Part shown: one piece after another, positions 24,274 through 34,255 of the stretch
How the letters are laid out: each line of letters starts with the position of its first letter
How positions within the stretch are numbered: position 1 is the stretch's first letter
From: a virus
IMG/VR virus record: IMGVR_UViG_3300037467_000723
Length of the DNA: 64,000 nt
Reading direction: 5' to 3' (one strand)
Notes under the pieces: model-generated
What the model saw: the letters and a program-made list of their open reading frames with translations, nothing else
What the model was told of the DNA's origin: nothing
The model's database searches: none
Translations under genes and position numbers: made by a program

Positions 24274-26568
24274 ATGACTGTTATTACGAAAGAAGATGGT
24301 AGGCGTCAATTACCATTTGACCAACCACGTCTAGAGAGATTTATAGATTCCGTCACAGAGCGTTACCCACACCTGGATGCACAGGAATTTAAGACATATA
24401 TCACCAATTTTGTTGCTAGTAAAAAGGAATTCAAGGCACAGCAAATCACTGACCGTTTAATCGGTTATGCGCTCGATCATACGGGCAAAGACGTTGGAGA
24501 GCATCCGGATTGGACATTCGTTGCTGCTGAAATCTATATGCGCCAATTATACAAAACAGCTGCCACAAACCGTGTCTACAATCCAAACGATAAGTACGGC
24601 GATTTCTTTGCGTTAATCCGTACACTAACTGGCAAAGGTATCTATACGAAAGATCTGTTGAAGAATTATTCAAACGAAGAGATCGATGAGCTCGAGGCTA
24701 CTATCGTTCCAGAACGTGACTATCTGTTCAACTACCTTGGATTGTTCCAACTAGCAGACCGTTACCTAGCGAAGGATCACGACAAGAATCTGTACGAGCT
24801 TCCTCAGGAACGATTCATGCTCATCGCTATGACGTTGATGATGAATGAGCCGAAAGATAGGCGGCTGACTCTCGTTAAGGAAGCGTACTGGGCCCTATCA
24901 AACTTGTATATGACCGTTGCAACACCGACTCTATCGAATGCCGGTAAAACATTCGGCCAGTTATCCAGCTGTTTCATTGAAACCGTGGACGACAGCCTAG
25001 ATGGTATTTATATGGCAGACCACGATATCGCACGTCTTAGTAAAGATGGCGGCGGTATCGGGATGTATCTCGGATATGTCCGTACCAAGAAGTCTTACAT
25101 CAAGAACTTCAAAGGCATCTCAAACGGCATTGTACCGTGGGCTAAGAAGTATAACCAAACTGGCGTATCAGTCGACCAACTCGGCACCCGTGCTGGGTCC
25201 ATCGCATTGTACTATCCATTATTCGGAAAAGATACATTCGATTTCCTAGACTTGAAGCTGAACAATGGTGACGATAGATTCCGTGCTCACGATGTTTTCT
25301 TAGGCGCTTGTATCCCGGATCTATTCATGGAGCAAGTTGATAAGCGTGGAGATTGGGCAATGTTCGATCCTAAGGAAGTCTTTGACGCCAAGGGTTGGTA
25401 CTTAGATGATTTCTTCGATGAAGAGCGTGGCAACGGTACATTCCGTAAGAAGTACTATGAGCTGCTGAACGACCCTAACATTAGCAAAACGATTGTACCA
25501 GCAATCGATATTATGAAGCGTATTTTGATTAGCCAATTAGAAACGGGCGTACCATACATGTTCTATCGTGATGAAGTTAACCGTGCTAATCCGAATAAGA
25601 AATATCGTCCGGATGGAACGGCAATCTGTACTATTCTGTGCAGTAACTTATGTACCGAGATCATGCAAAACATGTCTCAGACAGTAATCGTATCCGAAGT
25701 CATAGAAGACGGCGAGATCGTTGTTCGTAAGAAGCCAGGAGACTTCGTTGTATGTAACCTGTCGTCTATTACTCTATCAAGAGCTGTACAGGCTAACGTG
25801 CTGGAGCGGTTGATTCCGATTCAAGTTCGTATGCTAGACAATGTTATCGACATCAACGAGAACAAAATGACAGTGCTGCAAGCTGTGGCATCTAATCGTA
25901 AATACCGTGCTATTGGCTCGGGCACGTCTGGGTGGCATCACCTGTTGGCCCTTAAAGGAATTCGTTGGGAATCCGACACTGCCGTTGAATATGCGGATGA
26001 GCTTTATGAGCGTATCAACTATTTAACTATTAAAGCTTCTGCCGACTTAGCTCGTGAGAAGGGCAGCTATCCGGCCTTTGAAGGTTCAGAATGGCAAAGC
26101 GGTAAGTACTTTGAGCGCCGTGGCTATACGTCACCAGAATGGTTGGCCCTGGCTGAATATGTTTCCGGCGGTCTACGTAATGGTTGGTTACTTGCGACAG
26201 CCCCAACTATGTCAACTGCTGGAATATCTGGTACCAGCGCTGGTATCGATCCTGTGTTCAAACTGGAGTATGCCGAGGAGAAGAAGAACTTTAAGATTCC
26301 TGTTACGGCTCCAGACTTGAGTCCGAAAACAATCTGGTTCTATAACCCGACTGCATACGCTTTGGATCAGCACTGGAGTATTAAACAAACGGCTGCACGT
26401 CAACGCCACATCGACCAAGGTCAATCTTTCAATCTATATGTATCAAACGAAATTAAAGCCGGTGAACTATTAGCGTTGCACATCGATGCGTGGAAGTCCG
26501 GTTTGAAATCGACTTACTACGTACGCTCTAAGGCAATCGAAGTAGAGGACTGTGAATTCTGTCAGTAA
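24274..26568 (+). CDS. nrdE: ribonucleotide reductase large subunit (class Ib NrdE-like)
   Basis: 764 aa; C-terminal ...STYYVRS and ...CEFC redox tail; nrdF downstream. Confidence 0.8.
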   Translation: MTVITKEDGRRQLPFDQPRLERFIDSVTERYPHLDAQEFKTYITNFVASKKEFKAQQITDRLIGYALDHTGKDVGEHPDWTFVAAEIYMRQLYKTAATNRVYNPNDKYGDFFALIRTLTGKGIYTKDLLKNYSNEEIDELEATIVPERDYLFNYLGLFQLADRYLAKDHDKNLYELPQERFMLIAMTLMMNEPKDRRLTLVKEAYWALSNLYMTVATPTLSNAGKTFGQLSSCFIETVDDSLDGIYMADHDIARLSKDGGGIGMYLGYVRTKKSYIKNFKGISNGIVPWAKKYNQTGVSVDQLGTRAGSIALYYPLFGKDTFDFLDLKLNNGDDRFRAHDVFLGACIPDLFMEQVDKRGDWAMFDPKEVFDAKGWYLDDFFDEERGNGTFRKKYYELLNDPNISKTIVPAIDIMKRILISQLETGVPYMFYRDEVNRANPNKKYRPDGTAICTILCSNLCTEIMQNMSQTVIVSEVIEDGEIVVRKKPGDFVVCNLSSITLSRAVQANVLERLIPIQVRMLDNVIDINENKMTVLQAVASNRKYRAIGSGTSGWHHLLALKGIRWESDTAVEYADELYERINYLTIKASADLAREKGSYPAFEGSEWQSGKYFERRGYTSPEWLALAEYVSGGLRNGWLLATAPTMSTAGISGTSAGIDPVFKLEYAEEKKNFKIPVTAPDLSPKTIWFYNPTAYALDQHWSIKQTAARQRHIDQGQSFNLYVSNEIKAGELLALHIDAWKSGLKSTYYVRSKAIEVEDCEFCQ

Positions 26569-26631
26569 CAACGGGGGGGGGCCTTCGGGCCTCCTTTGAC
26601 TATAAATTGTGGCGTAAAGGAGATTGTGAAA

Positions 26632-26745
26632 ATGGAATCAGAACAACATCTACTTGACTTAACGACACTGGAATTAATCAGGATTATTCAAGATTTGAAA
26701 GATGAAAACGAACGATTAGAAACGGAACTTATGATGTTACGTTAA
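26632..26745 (+). CDS. small hypothetical protein (37 aa)
   Basis: ribosome-binding site gtaaaggagattgtgaaaATG. Confidence 0.3.
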   Translation: MESEQHLLDLTTLELIRIIQDLKDENERLETELMMLR

Positions 26746-26790
26746 GTCATCTTACGAAACAAATTATGTACCAACGAAAGGAGAACGAAA

Positions 26791-26928
26791 ATGAAAGAAA
26801 AAGTATTAGAGATTTTAAGTGAACTAGAGGACGATGTTCAGTCTATGCGTGAAGAAGGGGAGACAGATTTAAGAACCGTTCTGAACTATATAAGAAACGC
26901 TTATTACGCAGTCAAGAAACTGGACTAA
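26791..26928 (+). CDS. small hypothetical protein (45 aa)
   Basis: conserved ribosome-binding site cgaaaggagaacgaaaATG shared with nrdF and the thioredoxin-like gene. Confidence 0.35.
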   Translation: MKEKVLEILSELEDDVQSMREEGETDLRTVLNYIRNAYYAVKKLD

Positions 26929-26943
26929 CGAAAGGAGAACATC

Positions 26944-27978
26944 ATGGAATTACAAAAGCGTAAGCTGTACGATACTACAGCACCAAACCGAAGCACCGGA
27001 ATTATTAACGGAGAATCATCAAACGTACTAAATTGGGATGATGTCGCATTCCCGTGGGCATACGGCCTATACAAGAATATGCTGGCGAACTTCTGGATTC
27101 CTAACGAGATTAATATGAACGACGATAAGAAACAGTTCCCAGAAATGAAACCAAAAGAACAATTCGCGTTCAAACGCATCATCGGACTACTAGCTTTCCT
27201 AGATAGTATTCAGACGGATTACTGCGGTAAAATCGCTGACTATCTCACAGACTCATCACTATCAGCTTTAATGATGGTAACTGGGTTCCAAGAAGTAGTG
27301 CACAACCAATCGTACAGCTACATCTTGTCGTCGCTATGCACGAAGGCTGAACAAGAAGAGATATTCGAATACTGGAAGCACGATCCTATATTGAAGAAAC
27401 GGAATGAATTCGTTGCTGAGACTTACGAGGAGTTCGTAAATAACCCGACCCCATACACAATGTTCCGTTCCATCGTTAAAGATATCGTTCTAGAGGGATT
27501 GTACTTCTATGCCGGCTTTGCGTTCTTCTATAACCTGGCTCGGGACCAGCGCATGCTATCGACATCTAGAATGATTAACTACATCAATAAGGACGAGCAG
27601 CTGCACGTTAGATTATTCACGGAAATCTTAAAAGCGTTGTTCGCTCAGTATCCGGAGTTAGACGTTCCTGAGAATCATCAGTACATCATCGATACATTCC
27701 GTGAAGCTGCCGAGCTCGAGATCGAGTGGGGTTATTACGTTATCTCAGATACTTTCGACAACATCGATATGGGCGACCTAGAAGCATACATCAAGTTCAT
27801 CGCTAATAAGCGTGTGGGCCAATGTGGCATCCAGGAGAAACCATTCGAAGGTTATAAAACGAATCCACTGAAATGGATTAAGATCTTCGAGGATACGAAT
27901 GAATCGAAGCAAGACTTCTTTGAAGGTAAATCACGTCAATATTCTAAGCCGATTGATAACGGCTTCGACGAACTATGA
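26944..27978 (+). CDS. nrdF: ribonucleotide reductase small subunit (NrdF-like)
   Basis: 344 aa; di-iron ligand pattern (E...EVVH...E...EQLH); adjacent to nrdE. Confidence 0.8.
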   Translation: MELQKRKLYDTTAPNRSTGIINGESSNVLNWDDVAFPWAYGLYKNMLANFWIPNEINMNDDKKQFPEMKPKEQFAFKRIIGLLAFLDSIQTDYCGKIADYLTDSSLSALMMVTGFQEVVHNQSYSYILSSLCTKAEQEEIFEYWKHDPILKKRNEFVAETYEEFVNNPTPYTMFRSIVKDIVLEGLYFYAGFAFFYNLARDQRMLSTSRMINYINKDEQLHVRLFTEILKALFAQYPELDVPENHQYIIDTFREAAELEIEWGYYVISDTFDNIDMGDLEAYIKFIANKRVGQCGIQEKPFEGYKTNPLKWIKIFEDTNESKQDFFEGKSRQYSKPIDNGFDEL

Positions 27979-28016
27979 CGCTATTGATGAAAAGTATTCA
28001 CTAAGGAGGTTTAACA

Positions 28017-28211
28017 ATGGTCATTACAAAGGATTATTTAGATATGCGAATTTGTGATGTTGAAAAGCTGACAACTAACACACAAACATATAGGGAATTC
28101 ATTAGCGAAAGCGAAGAAGAATTTGGTTTAATTCCAAAAGATTTAGATGGTATGAGTGACAAACACCTTGTTGAGTACCTAGATTTCTTGGATTATTTGT
28201 GGACTAAGTAA
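28017..28211 (+). CDS. hypothetical protein (64 aa)
   Basis: ORF with ribosome-binding site. Confidence 0.45.
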   Translation: MVITKDYLDMRICDVEKLTTNTQTYREFISESEEEFGLIPKDLDGMSDKHLVEYLDFLDYLWTK

Positions 28212-28258
28212 TGTTGCACCCTACGAGAAAATAATGTAACAACGAAAGGAAGGATAAA

Positions 28259-28534
28259 ATGGAAATCGTAATTAAAGACTTTTACTCAGACAATTGCGGC
28301 GCATGTAAATCGTTGGTGCCGGTACTGGATCAAATCAAGGAGGAATACGTCGACACCGTCAAGATCGAAAAGATTAACGTCATGGAGGATCCACAGCAAG
28401 CTGCTGACTTCAACGTAATGGGTGTACCATCCGTGTTCATCTTAGTGGACGGAAAAGAGGTTCACTTCGGCAAAGGGTTCCATCCGTATGAGCTGTTGAA
28501 AGGTAAACTAGACGAGCTCCTGGAGGGGAACTAA
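28259..28534 (+). CDS. thioredoxin/glutaredoxin-fold redoxin (NrdH-like candidate, 91 aa)
   Basis: CGAC dithiol motif near the N-terminus; thioredoxin-like length and position next to the ribonucleotide reductase genes. Confidence 0.5.
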   Translation: MEIVIKDFYSDNCGACKSLVPVLDQIKEEYVDTVKIEKINVMEDPQQAADFNVMGVPSVFILVDGKEVHFGKGFHPYELLKGKLDELLEGN

Positions 28535-28815
28535 TGAAAGTATTATTAGATAACATGGGTTTTGACACAGCTGTAAGAGCGTTGAAACACGGGCATCCTG
28601 TTGCTAGAGCTGGCTGGAACGGCAAGGGGATGTACTTATATTACGTACCAGCTGCTAGTTACCCGGCCACAACCGACATAGCCCGTAGAGAAATCGGTGA
28701 GATGGTTCCTTACGGTGCTTATATCGCAATGAAAACGGCTCAAGGGAACGTGGTTCCGTGGCTTGCGTCTCAGACTGATATCTTAGCGGAAGATTACATC
28801 ATCTATGAACGATGA
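28534..28815 (+). CDS. DUF2829-like protein (candidate Tad2-type anti-Thoeris sponge, 93 aa)
   Basis: N-terminal GFDTAVRALKHGHPVARAGWNGKGMYL closely resembles the DUF2829 signature (...EALKAMKEGKKVRRKGWNGKG...). Confidence 0.45.
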   Translation: MKVLLDNMGFDTAVRALKHGHPVARAGWNGKGMYLYYVPAASYPATTDIARREIGEMVPYGAYIAMKTAQGNVVPWLASQTDILAEDYIIYER

Positions 28816-29119
28816 CGATATCAAATCGTTAATTCGTCGCCGTAGACGTCAGATCCTGGTTCACAGCTGCTTATATTACCGGCTAAACGAATCAATCGTT
28901 CCGGACCATGTCTATGACGGCTGGGCACTGCAATTAGCGGTTCTACATGAAAACTTCCCCGAAGAGGCGTCCGAGGTCGAGTATCACGAATACTTCCAGG
29001 GCTTTACGGGTGAGACCGTCTCTGGCTTTGATCTGCCGGTGCATCTACCGGAGATTATCGCTATCGCACACAGCCTATTAAAATATCATAAGCAACTAAA
29101 AGCGTCTACCAAACGGTAG
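28805..29119 (+). CDS. hypothetical protein (104 aa)
   Basis: ORF overlapping the upstream gene by 11 nt. Confidence 0.45.
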   Translation: MNDDDIKSLIRRRRRQILVHSCLYYRLNESIVPDHVYDGWALQLAVLHENFPEEASEVEYHEYFQGFTGETVSGFDLPVHLPEIIAIAHSLLKYHKQLKASTKR

Positions 29120-29142
29120 GCGCATTTTTTTTTGTTTATTCG

Positions 29143-29172
29143 CGTTACAAACGTCGATATGGGCCGGACTGT
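29143..29172 (+). promoter_or_regulatory. phage-specific promoter-like motif, copy 6
   Basis: T9 run then CGTTACAAA-cgtcgatat-GGGCCGGACTGT. Confidence 0.6.
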
Positions 29173-29205
29173 ATATATGAAGTTACTTAATAGGAGGAAA
29201 ACGAA

Positions 29206-29496
29206 ATGACGAAAAAACGTAGAACAGTTAAAGATTTGGCTGCAGACCCAGTGGTAGAGGCTCCACAACAACAGGAGCAATTATTCACTATCAAACTAGA
29301 AGTAATCGGAGCAGAGGAAGTCGTTGTTAACGGATTAAACAATCATTCAGTTCAACAAATCCGTCAATGGTTCTCTGGATTAGGACACGGTGTATTCGAA
29401 CTAGTGGTTGGAACGGGCTTATTGGTATTTGATCGTGCGAAGATTGCTTACTTAGTAATCGGCCCACAACAAGTCGAAGCACCTAAAGGAGAATAA
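29206..29496 (+). CDS. hypothetical protein (96 aa)
   Basis: ORF with ribosome-binding site taggaggaaaacgaaATG. Confidence 0.5.
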   Translation: MTKKRRTVKDLAADPVVEAPQQQEQLFTIKLEVIGAEEVVVNGLNNHSVQQIRQWFSGLGHGVFELVVGTGLLVFDRAKIAYLVIGPQQVEAPKGE

Positions 29497-29497
29497 C

Positions 29498-29854
29498 ATG
29501 GGCGAAGTTGCTTTTATTCACGCTGGTAAAGCTGACCGTGGTGGTCTTAAGGTAGCGATAAAGATTCAAAGCAAGGAACGTTTCATGGAGTGGGTAGACG
29601 AGTGGAACGAAAGAAACGCTGGCAGACATATTGGGTTTTACGGTTATCCGAAGATCAGATATGCATACATCGATGGCAGCTATAGTGAGTTGTTCAAGTT
29701 TATGTCTATCAACGAATTCGAAGCGATCTTTAACGAAGAGGATCGTAAGCGTCTCGGTAGATTGCTAGAGTATCGCAAAGGCGACTATCCGATTTTTCTA
29801 AAAGAAATTTACGTAAAACACGGAATATTACAGGGGGGGGAATTAGATGAATAA
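29498..29854 (+). CDS. hypothetical protein (118 aa)
   Basis: ORF coupled to the upstream gene. Confidence 0.5.
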   Translation: MGEVAFIHAGKADRGGLKVAIKIQSKERFMEWVDEWNERNAGRHIGFYGYPKIRYAYIDGSYSELFKFMSINEFEAIFNEEDRKRLGRLLEYRKGDYPIFLKEIYVKHGILQGGELDE

Positions 29855-30245
29855 ACAGTTTGAAATGGTTAAGCAGTTCCAATTAGCGATGAACCAACCG
29901 GTTGCCAATAAGCCAACGGTAATGGACGAGGTTCGTCAGCAACAACGTTATGAATATATGGCTGAAGAATTAATGGAGTTTCTCGGTAGCTCCGAATTAG
30001 TAGACCAGGCGGACGCAATGATCGACCTTATCTACTTAGCTATCGGAACCATGGTCGAGCTGGGCGTACTACCAGAGCCACTGTTCCAGATCGTACAGGA
30101 CGCCAACATGTCTAAGCTGTGGGAAGACGGCAAGCCACGATTGAATCCGGACACAAACAAGGTGATGAAGCCTCCCACGTTCGTGCGCCCGGAGCCATTA
30201 TTGGAAGCTGAGATAGAACGTCAAATTGCGGAGGCTAATCGATGA
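29847..30245 (+). CDS. putative MazG-like nucleotide pyrophosphohydrolase (132 aa)
   Basis: all-alpha EE..E motif (YEYMAEELMEFLGS...DAMIDLIYLAIG); weak inference. Confidence 0.4.
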   Translation: MNKQFEMVKQFQLAMNQPVANKPTVMDEVRQQQRYEYMAEELMEFLGSSELVDQADAMIDLIYLAIGTMVELGVLPEPLFQIVQDANMSKLWEDGKPRLNPDTNKVMKPPTFVRPEPLLEAEIERQIAEANR

Positions 30246-30409
30246 TCGTTTTATCTTGGATCGTATTAGTTATGTGTTTCCTATTGGGACTGTTGGAGTT
30301 CCTAAACATGTTAGCGAATCAGAACGGAGTAAGACGTTTCTTATCGTTTATGTTCGTAGCATTCTACATTATCACAGCTATAACAGCATTTGCGGATATT
30401 TTCGCATGA
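30242..30409 (+). CDS. small membrane protein (55 aa)
   Basis: two hydrophobic helices; ATGA-coupled. Confidence 0.3.
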   Translation: MIVLSWIVLVMCFLLGLLEFLNMLANQNGVRRFLSFMFVAFYIITAITAFADIFA

Positions 30410-30651
30410 TTTACACGATTGAAAGTATCGTAGATAGACGCACAGGTGAACCGACCGAACGTGATGCCCGACGAAAAGGGCATCGCATTGAGGTCATCTG
30501 GTTATCTCCGGGAGAGCCGATGCTGCTGAAATACGTCGATGAAGGATCGATATTAACGACTTCTGGCGTGTGGGAGCACCATCACCTACCAGATAGCTTA
30601 GTAGTTAAAACACGGAATTCAATTTATACATTCAAATCGGAGGGAAAGTAA
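30406..30651 (+). CDS. hypothetical protein (81 aa)
   Basis: in-frame internal ATG of track ORF 30226..30651; coupled. Confidence 0.4.
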   Translation: MIYTIESIVDRRTGEPTERDARRKGHRIEVIWLSPGEPMLLKYVDEGSILTTSGVWEHHHLPDSLVVKTRNSIYTFKSEGK

Positions 30652-30882
30652 ATGAACGAATTAACAGTGAGAGAAAAGTTAGCGTTATTCTCAGCTCTAC
30701 AGTTTTTCTTGGGAGAGAATTTCGGAAGAAACATCCTTGAACCAGAGGAGTACACCAAGTTACGTGATTTATTCGTTGATTATATGGGCGAGATTGATGG
30801 CGATGATGACGCTGAATTCGGAAACATCATGCTTGAGTTAGCTAATACGCTTAAAGCTGATCTATTGGAGGCTGCAGAATAA
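30652..30882 (+). CDS. hypothetical acidic protein (76 aa)
   Basis: ORF. Confidence 0.45.
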   Translation: MNELTVREKLALFSALQFFLGENFGRNILEPEEYTKLRDLFVDYMGEIDGDDDAEFGNIMLELANTLKADLLEAAE

Positions 30883-31157
30883 TGATTATCGTCGGCGCTA
30901 AAAACAAAGGTAAGAAACTAGTAAATGCAATTATCCGTGAATTAAACGCAAAGGGCACCGTTGAAGTAGCAGCAGTATCCGATAGAGGCGTTCACCAGAT
31001 CAATTTCGCTGGACAGAAGGTTGCTAACCAGATTAGAGAAAAGATCTCGGCTACACCGGCAGAAGGCGAAGTAACCATTGATGGCGTACATCGCGTGGCT
31101 CTAGTCGTAACTATCAAGAAAGCCGTAGAAGGTACGTATAGCGAGGTGACCGAATAA
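30882..31157 (+). CDS. hypothetical protein (91 aa)
   Basis: ORF. Confidence 0.45.
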   Translation: MIIVGAKNKGKKLVNAIIRELNAKGTVEVAAVSDRGVHQINFAGQKVANQIREKISATPAEGEVTIDGVHRVALVVTIKKAVEGTYSEVTE

Positions 31158-31325
31158 TGACACCATCATTGTTACAACTACTCGGTGATAAGCGTCCATA
31201 TTACGCTGCTTTACGTAATCCACGTAACAAAAAGTCTGGAAAGCGTATCTACGTAAATCAGATTATGCGTGCTATAGCAAAAGATACAAGGAAGGCTAAG
31301 AAGGTGATTAGCGTTGGAAACTAAA
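31158..31325 (+). CDS. small basic protein (55 aa)
   Basis: TAATG-coupled; Lys/Arg-rich. Confidence 0.3.
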
Positions 31326-32057
31326 TTAAACGTTAAACGTATAGCCGTTCCTAAGTTAGACCCAGCGTTTCTTGGGGAGCTGCTTGACGCCGAGGATTTC
31401 GGTAGTCTCAGCTTCTCAGAAGCGCAAGTTATCGCATTAACTGCGATTCGTACATGCTATAGCCATCTGAAGCCGTCAGAGATCGCTATGAGCGAAGGTG
31501 TGAAGTACTTCGGTACTCCGTCACAGGATGATCCATCACAATCAGACGCAACACGCCTTTTCTTACAGATTGTACGCTCGGGCCATACCTCAACTTTAGA
31601 GCATCTGCAATTTACATTCAGCGTTGAGGGGCTGTCTAGAGCGGCACTCGCACAGCTGACGAGGCATCGTCACCAATCATTCAGCGTTCAATCGCAGAGG
31701 TATGTAAAATTTGGTTCTGACGATAGGTCAGGAGGATTCGATTATATCATACCAGAAAAGGTCGCTAATAATCCAGAGGCGTTAGAGTACTTTGAACGAT
31801 TTATGGATATTACGCAAGCTTACTACGATACATTACGTGCAGTTGGTATTCCAGCGGAAGACGCACGATCAGTCTTACCTCAGGCGTCAGCTTGTAACTT
31901 AACGTTATCAGCGAATCTACGATCTTTACTAGATTTCTATAGTAAGCGTAAAAAAGGTAGAGGCGCTCAAGGCGAGATAGCCAACCTAGCGGAAACATTA
32001 CGTGCTCTGGTCGTAGAGGTCGAGCCATGGACAGACAAATTTTTCGAGGAAGCTTAA
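31314..32057 (+). CDS. thyX: flavin-dependent thymidylate synthase ThyX (247 aa, TTG start)
   Basis: ThyX signature RHRhqSfsvqSQRY (RHRX7S). Confidence 0.75.
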   Translation: METKLNVKRIAVPKLDPAFLGELLDAEDFGSLSFSEAQVIALTAIRTCYSHLKPSEIAMSEGVKYFGTPSQDDPSQSDATRLFLQIVRSGHTSTLEHLQFTFSVEGLSRAALAQLTRHRHQSFSVQSQRYVKFGSDDRSGGFDYIIPEKVANNPEALEYFERFMDITQAYYDTLRAVGIPAEDARSVLPQASACNLTLSANLRSLLDFYSKRKKGRGAQGEIANLAETLRALVVEVEPWTDKFFEEA

Positions 32058-32097
32058 TAGACTAATAACTTAATTATCGAATAGGGGACGATTAATA

Positions 32098-33024
32098 ATG
32101 ACAAATTTAACAGCAAACACAGTGGAATTTAAAGTTGGAGATAAAGCACGTCAATTAGAATTATCTAAGTATGGTAACGGAAAAGTCGATGGAATCGTTG
32201 TGATCGAACAAACAAATTTCGTTTGTTCGGATGGTACACATCCTATCGCTGCTAGACCGGTAGAAGGTGGAACCGGGATGTTATTCCGTCCAAGCGATCT
32301 AGAGAAGTATGAGGCTCCAGAAGATCGTATCGAACAGCTGGAACGTCTGTTATCGATGACTCAGGACGAGTTACTGGATCTTAGCTTACGTGTTAGAGCG
32401 TTGGAAGATAAGTTTGAGCCGGCCCAATCTGTTGAACTGTTCCCGGAACCAGCGGAAGAACCAGCTCGTGTAGCAACGGATCAAGACATTCGTGACATGG
32501 CTATCGAGCAAGCCAAACAGGACGTAGAACGATTAATGAAAACTCCTATCACTATGGGCGTTAGAAACTTCAAAGGCCAACGTGAGTCGTTCTATCCGAA
32601 GAGTCACGGCAGCACTGATAAAGTTGAATTCGTTGTGAACCGTGAAAAGCGTACTGTTGTCGCTCTAATTAAGTATATGAACGAAAATCGCGCCTGGGCG
32701 AGAGGTGTCGCTAAGTGTGACCCAACTGACGTCTTCAACGAGCATATCGGTAAAGCAATCGCATTACGCCGTGCTTTCGGACTAGAGATTCCGTCTGAGT
32801 ACATCCATGCTCCAGAACCAACTGAGATCCGTGTAGGTGACGTGATTGAACGTACTGGTAACGGGATTTTTGATAATCCATTCCGTACTGTAACAGAAAT
32901 CAAAAAACGTGAGAATGGTGACCTCTTCTATAAGACGAAGGAAGGCCAAGGCCATTTCGCTGGTGTTACTGACCACGAGAATGTTCGTAGAATAGTCGAT
33001 GATTCACGAGAGGCGATCCTGTAA
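32098..33024 (+). CDS. hypothetical protein (308 aa)
   Basis: ORF with ribosome-binding site ggggacgattaataATG; central coiled coil. Confidence 0.5.
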   Translation: MTNLTANTVEFKVGDKARQLELSKYGNGKVDGIVVIEQTNFVCSDGTHPIAARPVEGGTGMLFRPSDLEKYEAPEDRIEQLERLLSMTQDELLDLSLRVRALEDKFEPAQSVELFPEPAEEPARVATDQDIRDMAIEQAKQDVERLMKTPITMGVRNFKGQRESFYPKSHGSTDKVEFVVNREKRTVVALIKYMNENRAWARGVAKCDPTDVFNEHIGKAIALRRAFGLEIPSEYIHAPEPTEIRVGDVIERTGNGIFDNPFRTVTEIKKRENGDLFYKTKEGQGHFAGVTDHENVRRIVDDSREAIL

Positions 33025-33629
33025 TGGAAGTCTTAGTAAAAGGTGAGTCGGTTCAACTAACCAACGAGCAAGTCGTAGAGATGAAGATGGATGCGTTGAT
33101 TAAAAGTGAAAGATTCATGGAGTTGATTGTCAACGACCATTTACGCTCAGTCGCTCGTCGATTCTTTTTAGAGGCCCCGGATTACTTCTTTGTAATCCCG
33201 GCTTCATCGTCAGGAAAATACCACTGGGCGACAGAGCTTGGTGGACTAGTAGATCACGTTCTCATGGGCATGCACTGTGCACACGAATTGGCCCGTACAT
33301 TCGGACTAAGTCGGCGTGAAACGGATCTTGCTATCGTAGCCATGGCTGGTCACGACTGTTTAAAGTACGGGATTGATTATGGTTACGAATACCACGACAT
33401 GCATCCGTTCTTACCACGTAGTTATTACAAAAGACGTTTAGATGATTTATTAACGAATCCAGCCGAGTTGGACATCATATTTAACGCAATCGAACGTCAT
33501 ATGGGTAATATCGCTAACGGTGATTGGACGTCTGTTGGTCGAATCAAACCGGATACTTACCTGGAACAAGTCGTTCACTTAGCGGACTTCATGGCAAGCC
33601 GTAAGGACATTCGTTTAACAACATTATAA
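33024..33629 (+). CDS. HD-domain phosphohydrolase (201 aa)
   Basis: KYHWATELGGLVDHVLMGMHCA...AMAGHDCLKYG (H...HD metal-binding pattern). Confidence 0.55.
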   Translation: MEVLVKGESVQLTNEQVVEMKMDALIKSERFMELIVNDHLRSVARRFFLEAPDYFFVIPASSSGKYHWATELGGLVDHVLMGMHCAHELARTFGLSRRETDLAIVAMAGHDCLKYGIDYGYEYHDMHPFLPRSYYKRRLDDLLTNPAELDIIFNAIERHMGNIANGDWTSVGRIKPDTYLEQVVHLADFMASRKDIRLTTL

Positions 33630-33638
33630 CGATAAATG

Positions 33639-33670
33639 CGCTCACCTAAATGGTGGGCGTATTTTTTTTT
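33639..33670 (+). terminator. rho-independent terminator
   Basis: cgctcacc-taaa-ggtgggcg plus T9. Confidence 0.65.
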
Positions 33671-33679
33671 GTTTTCTCG

Positions 33680-33709
33680 CGTTACAAATGGCGTTATGGG
33701 CCGGACTGT
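33680..33709 (+). promoter_or_regulatory. phage-specific promoter-like motif, copy 7
   Basis: CGTTACAAA-tggcgttat-GGGCCGGACTGT. Confidence 0.6.
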
Positions 33710-33745
33710 ATGTATGAAGAAACGTTAACAGAAAGGAGTTATTGG

Positions 33746-34255
33746 ATGGCAAACTACTTCGTTTTCGGATTAGCCGGTACGGGGAAGGACACGTTCGCTC
33801 ATTTGATGACGCATAACCACGATATAACAGCCGTGGCTTTAGCAGACCCAATTCGCAGTGAGTACGTCCGACACCTGATGAGAACGGATTATAAAACGAA
33901 TAGGCCACAGATGATTAAGATTGGCGAGGGTTACAAAGATATCTACGGGCAAGACATATGGTGCGCTTTAGCTGAAAGAGCATTCGTATGGAGCGATGGA
34001 CGTCTGATTATGGATGGTCGCTATGTGCATGAGTACGAATACTTCGTAAACCAACGTGGATACACGCCAATTAGATTAGTGGCCGATGACGATGTACGGT
34101 TTGAACGATTAAAACGACGAGACGGAAACATACAACGAGAGGCGCTAGAATTCGAGAAACAGCACTTCATCCCTGACGACTTTGACGCAATTAACGTAGA
34201 CACCAACGGTTCTGTAAAAGACCTAGAAAAAATCGTGAGGGAGCAATTCAAATGA
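33746..34255 (+). CDS. P-loop (deoxy)nucleoside monophosphate kinase-like protein (169 aa)
   Basis: Walker A GLAGTGKDT at the N-terminus; start at MANYF with ribosome-binding site aaaggagttattggATG. Confidence 0.5.
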   Translation: MANYFVFGLAGTGKDTFAHLMTHNHDITAVALADPIRSEYVRHLMRTDYKTNRPQMIKIGEGYKDIYGQDIWCALAERAFVWSDGRLIMDGRYVHEYEYFVNQRGYTPIRLVADDDVRFERLKRRDGNIQREALEFEKQHFIPDDFDAINVDTNGSVKDLEKIVREQFK

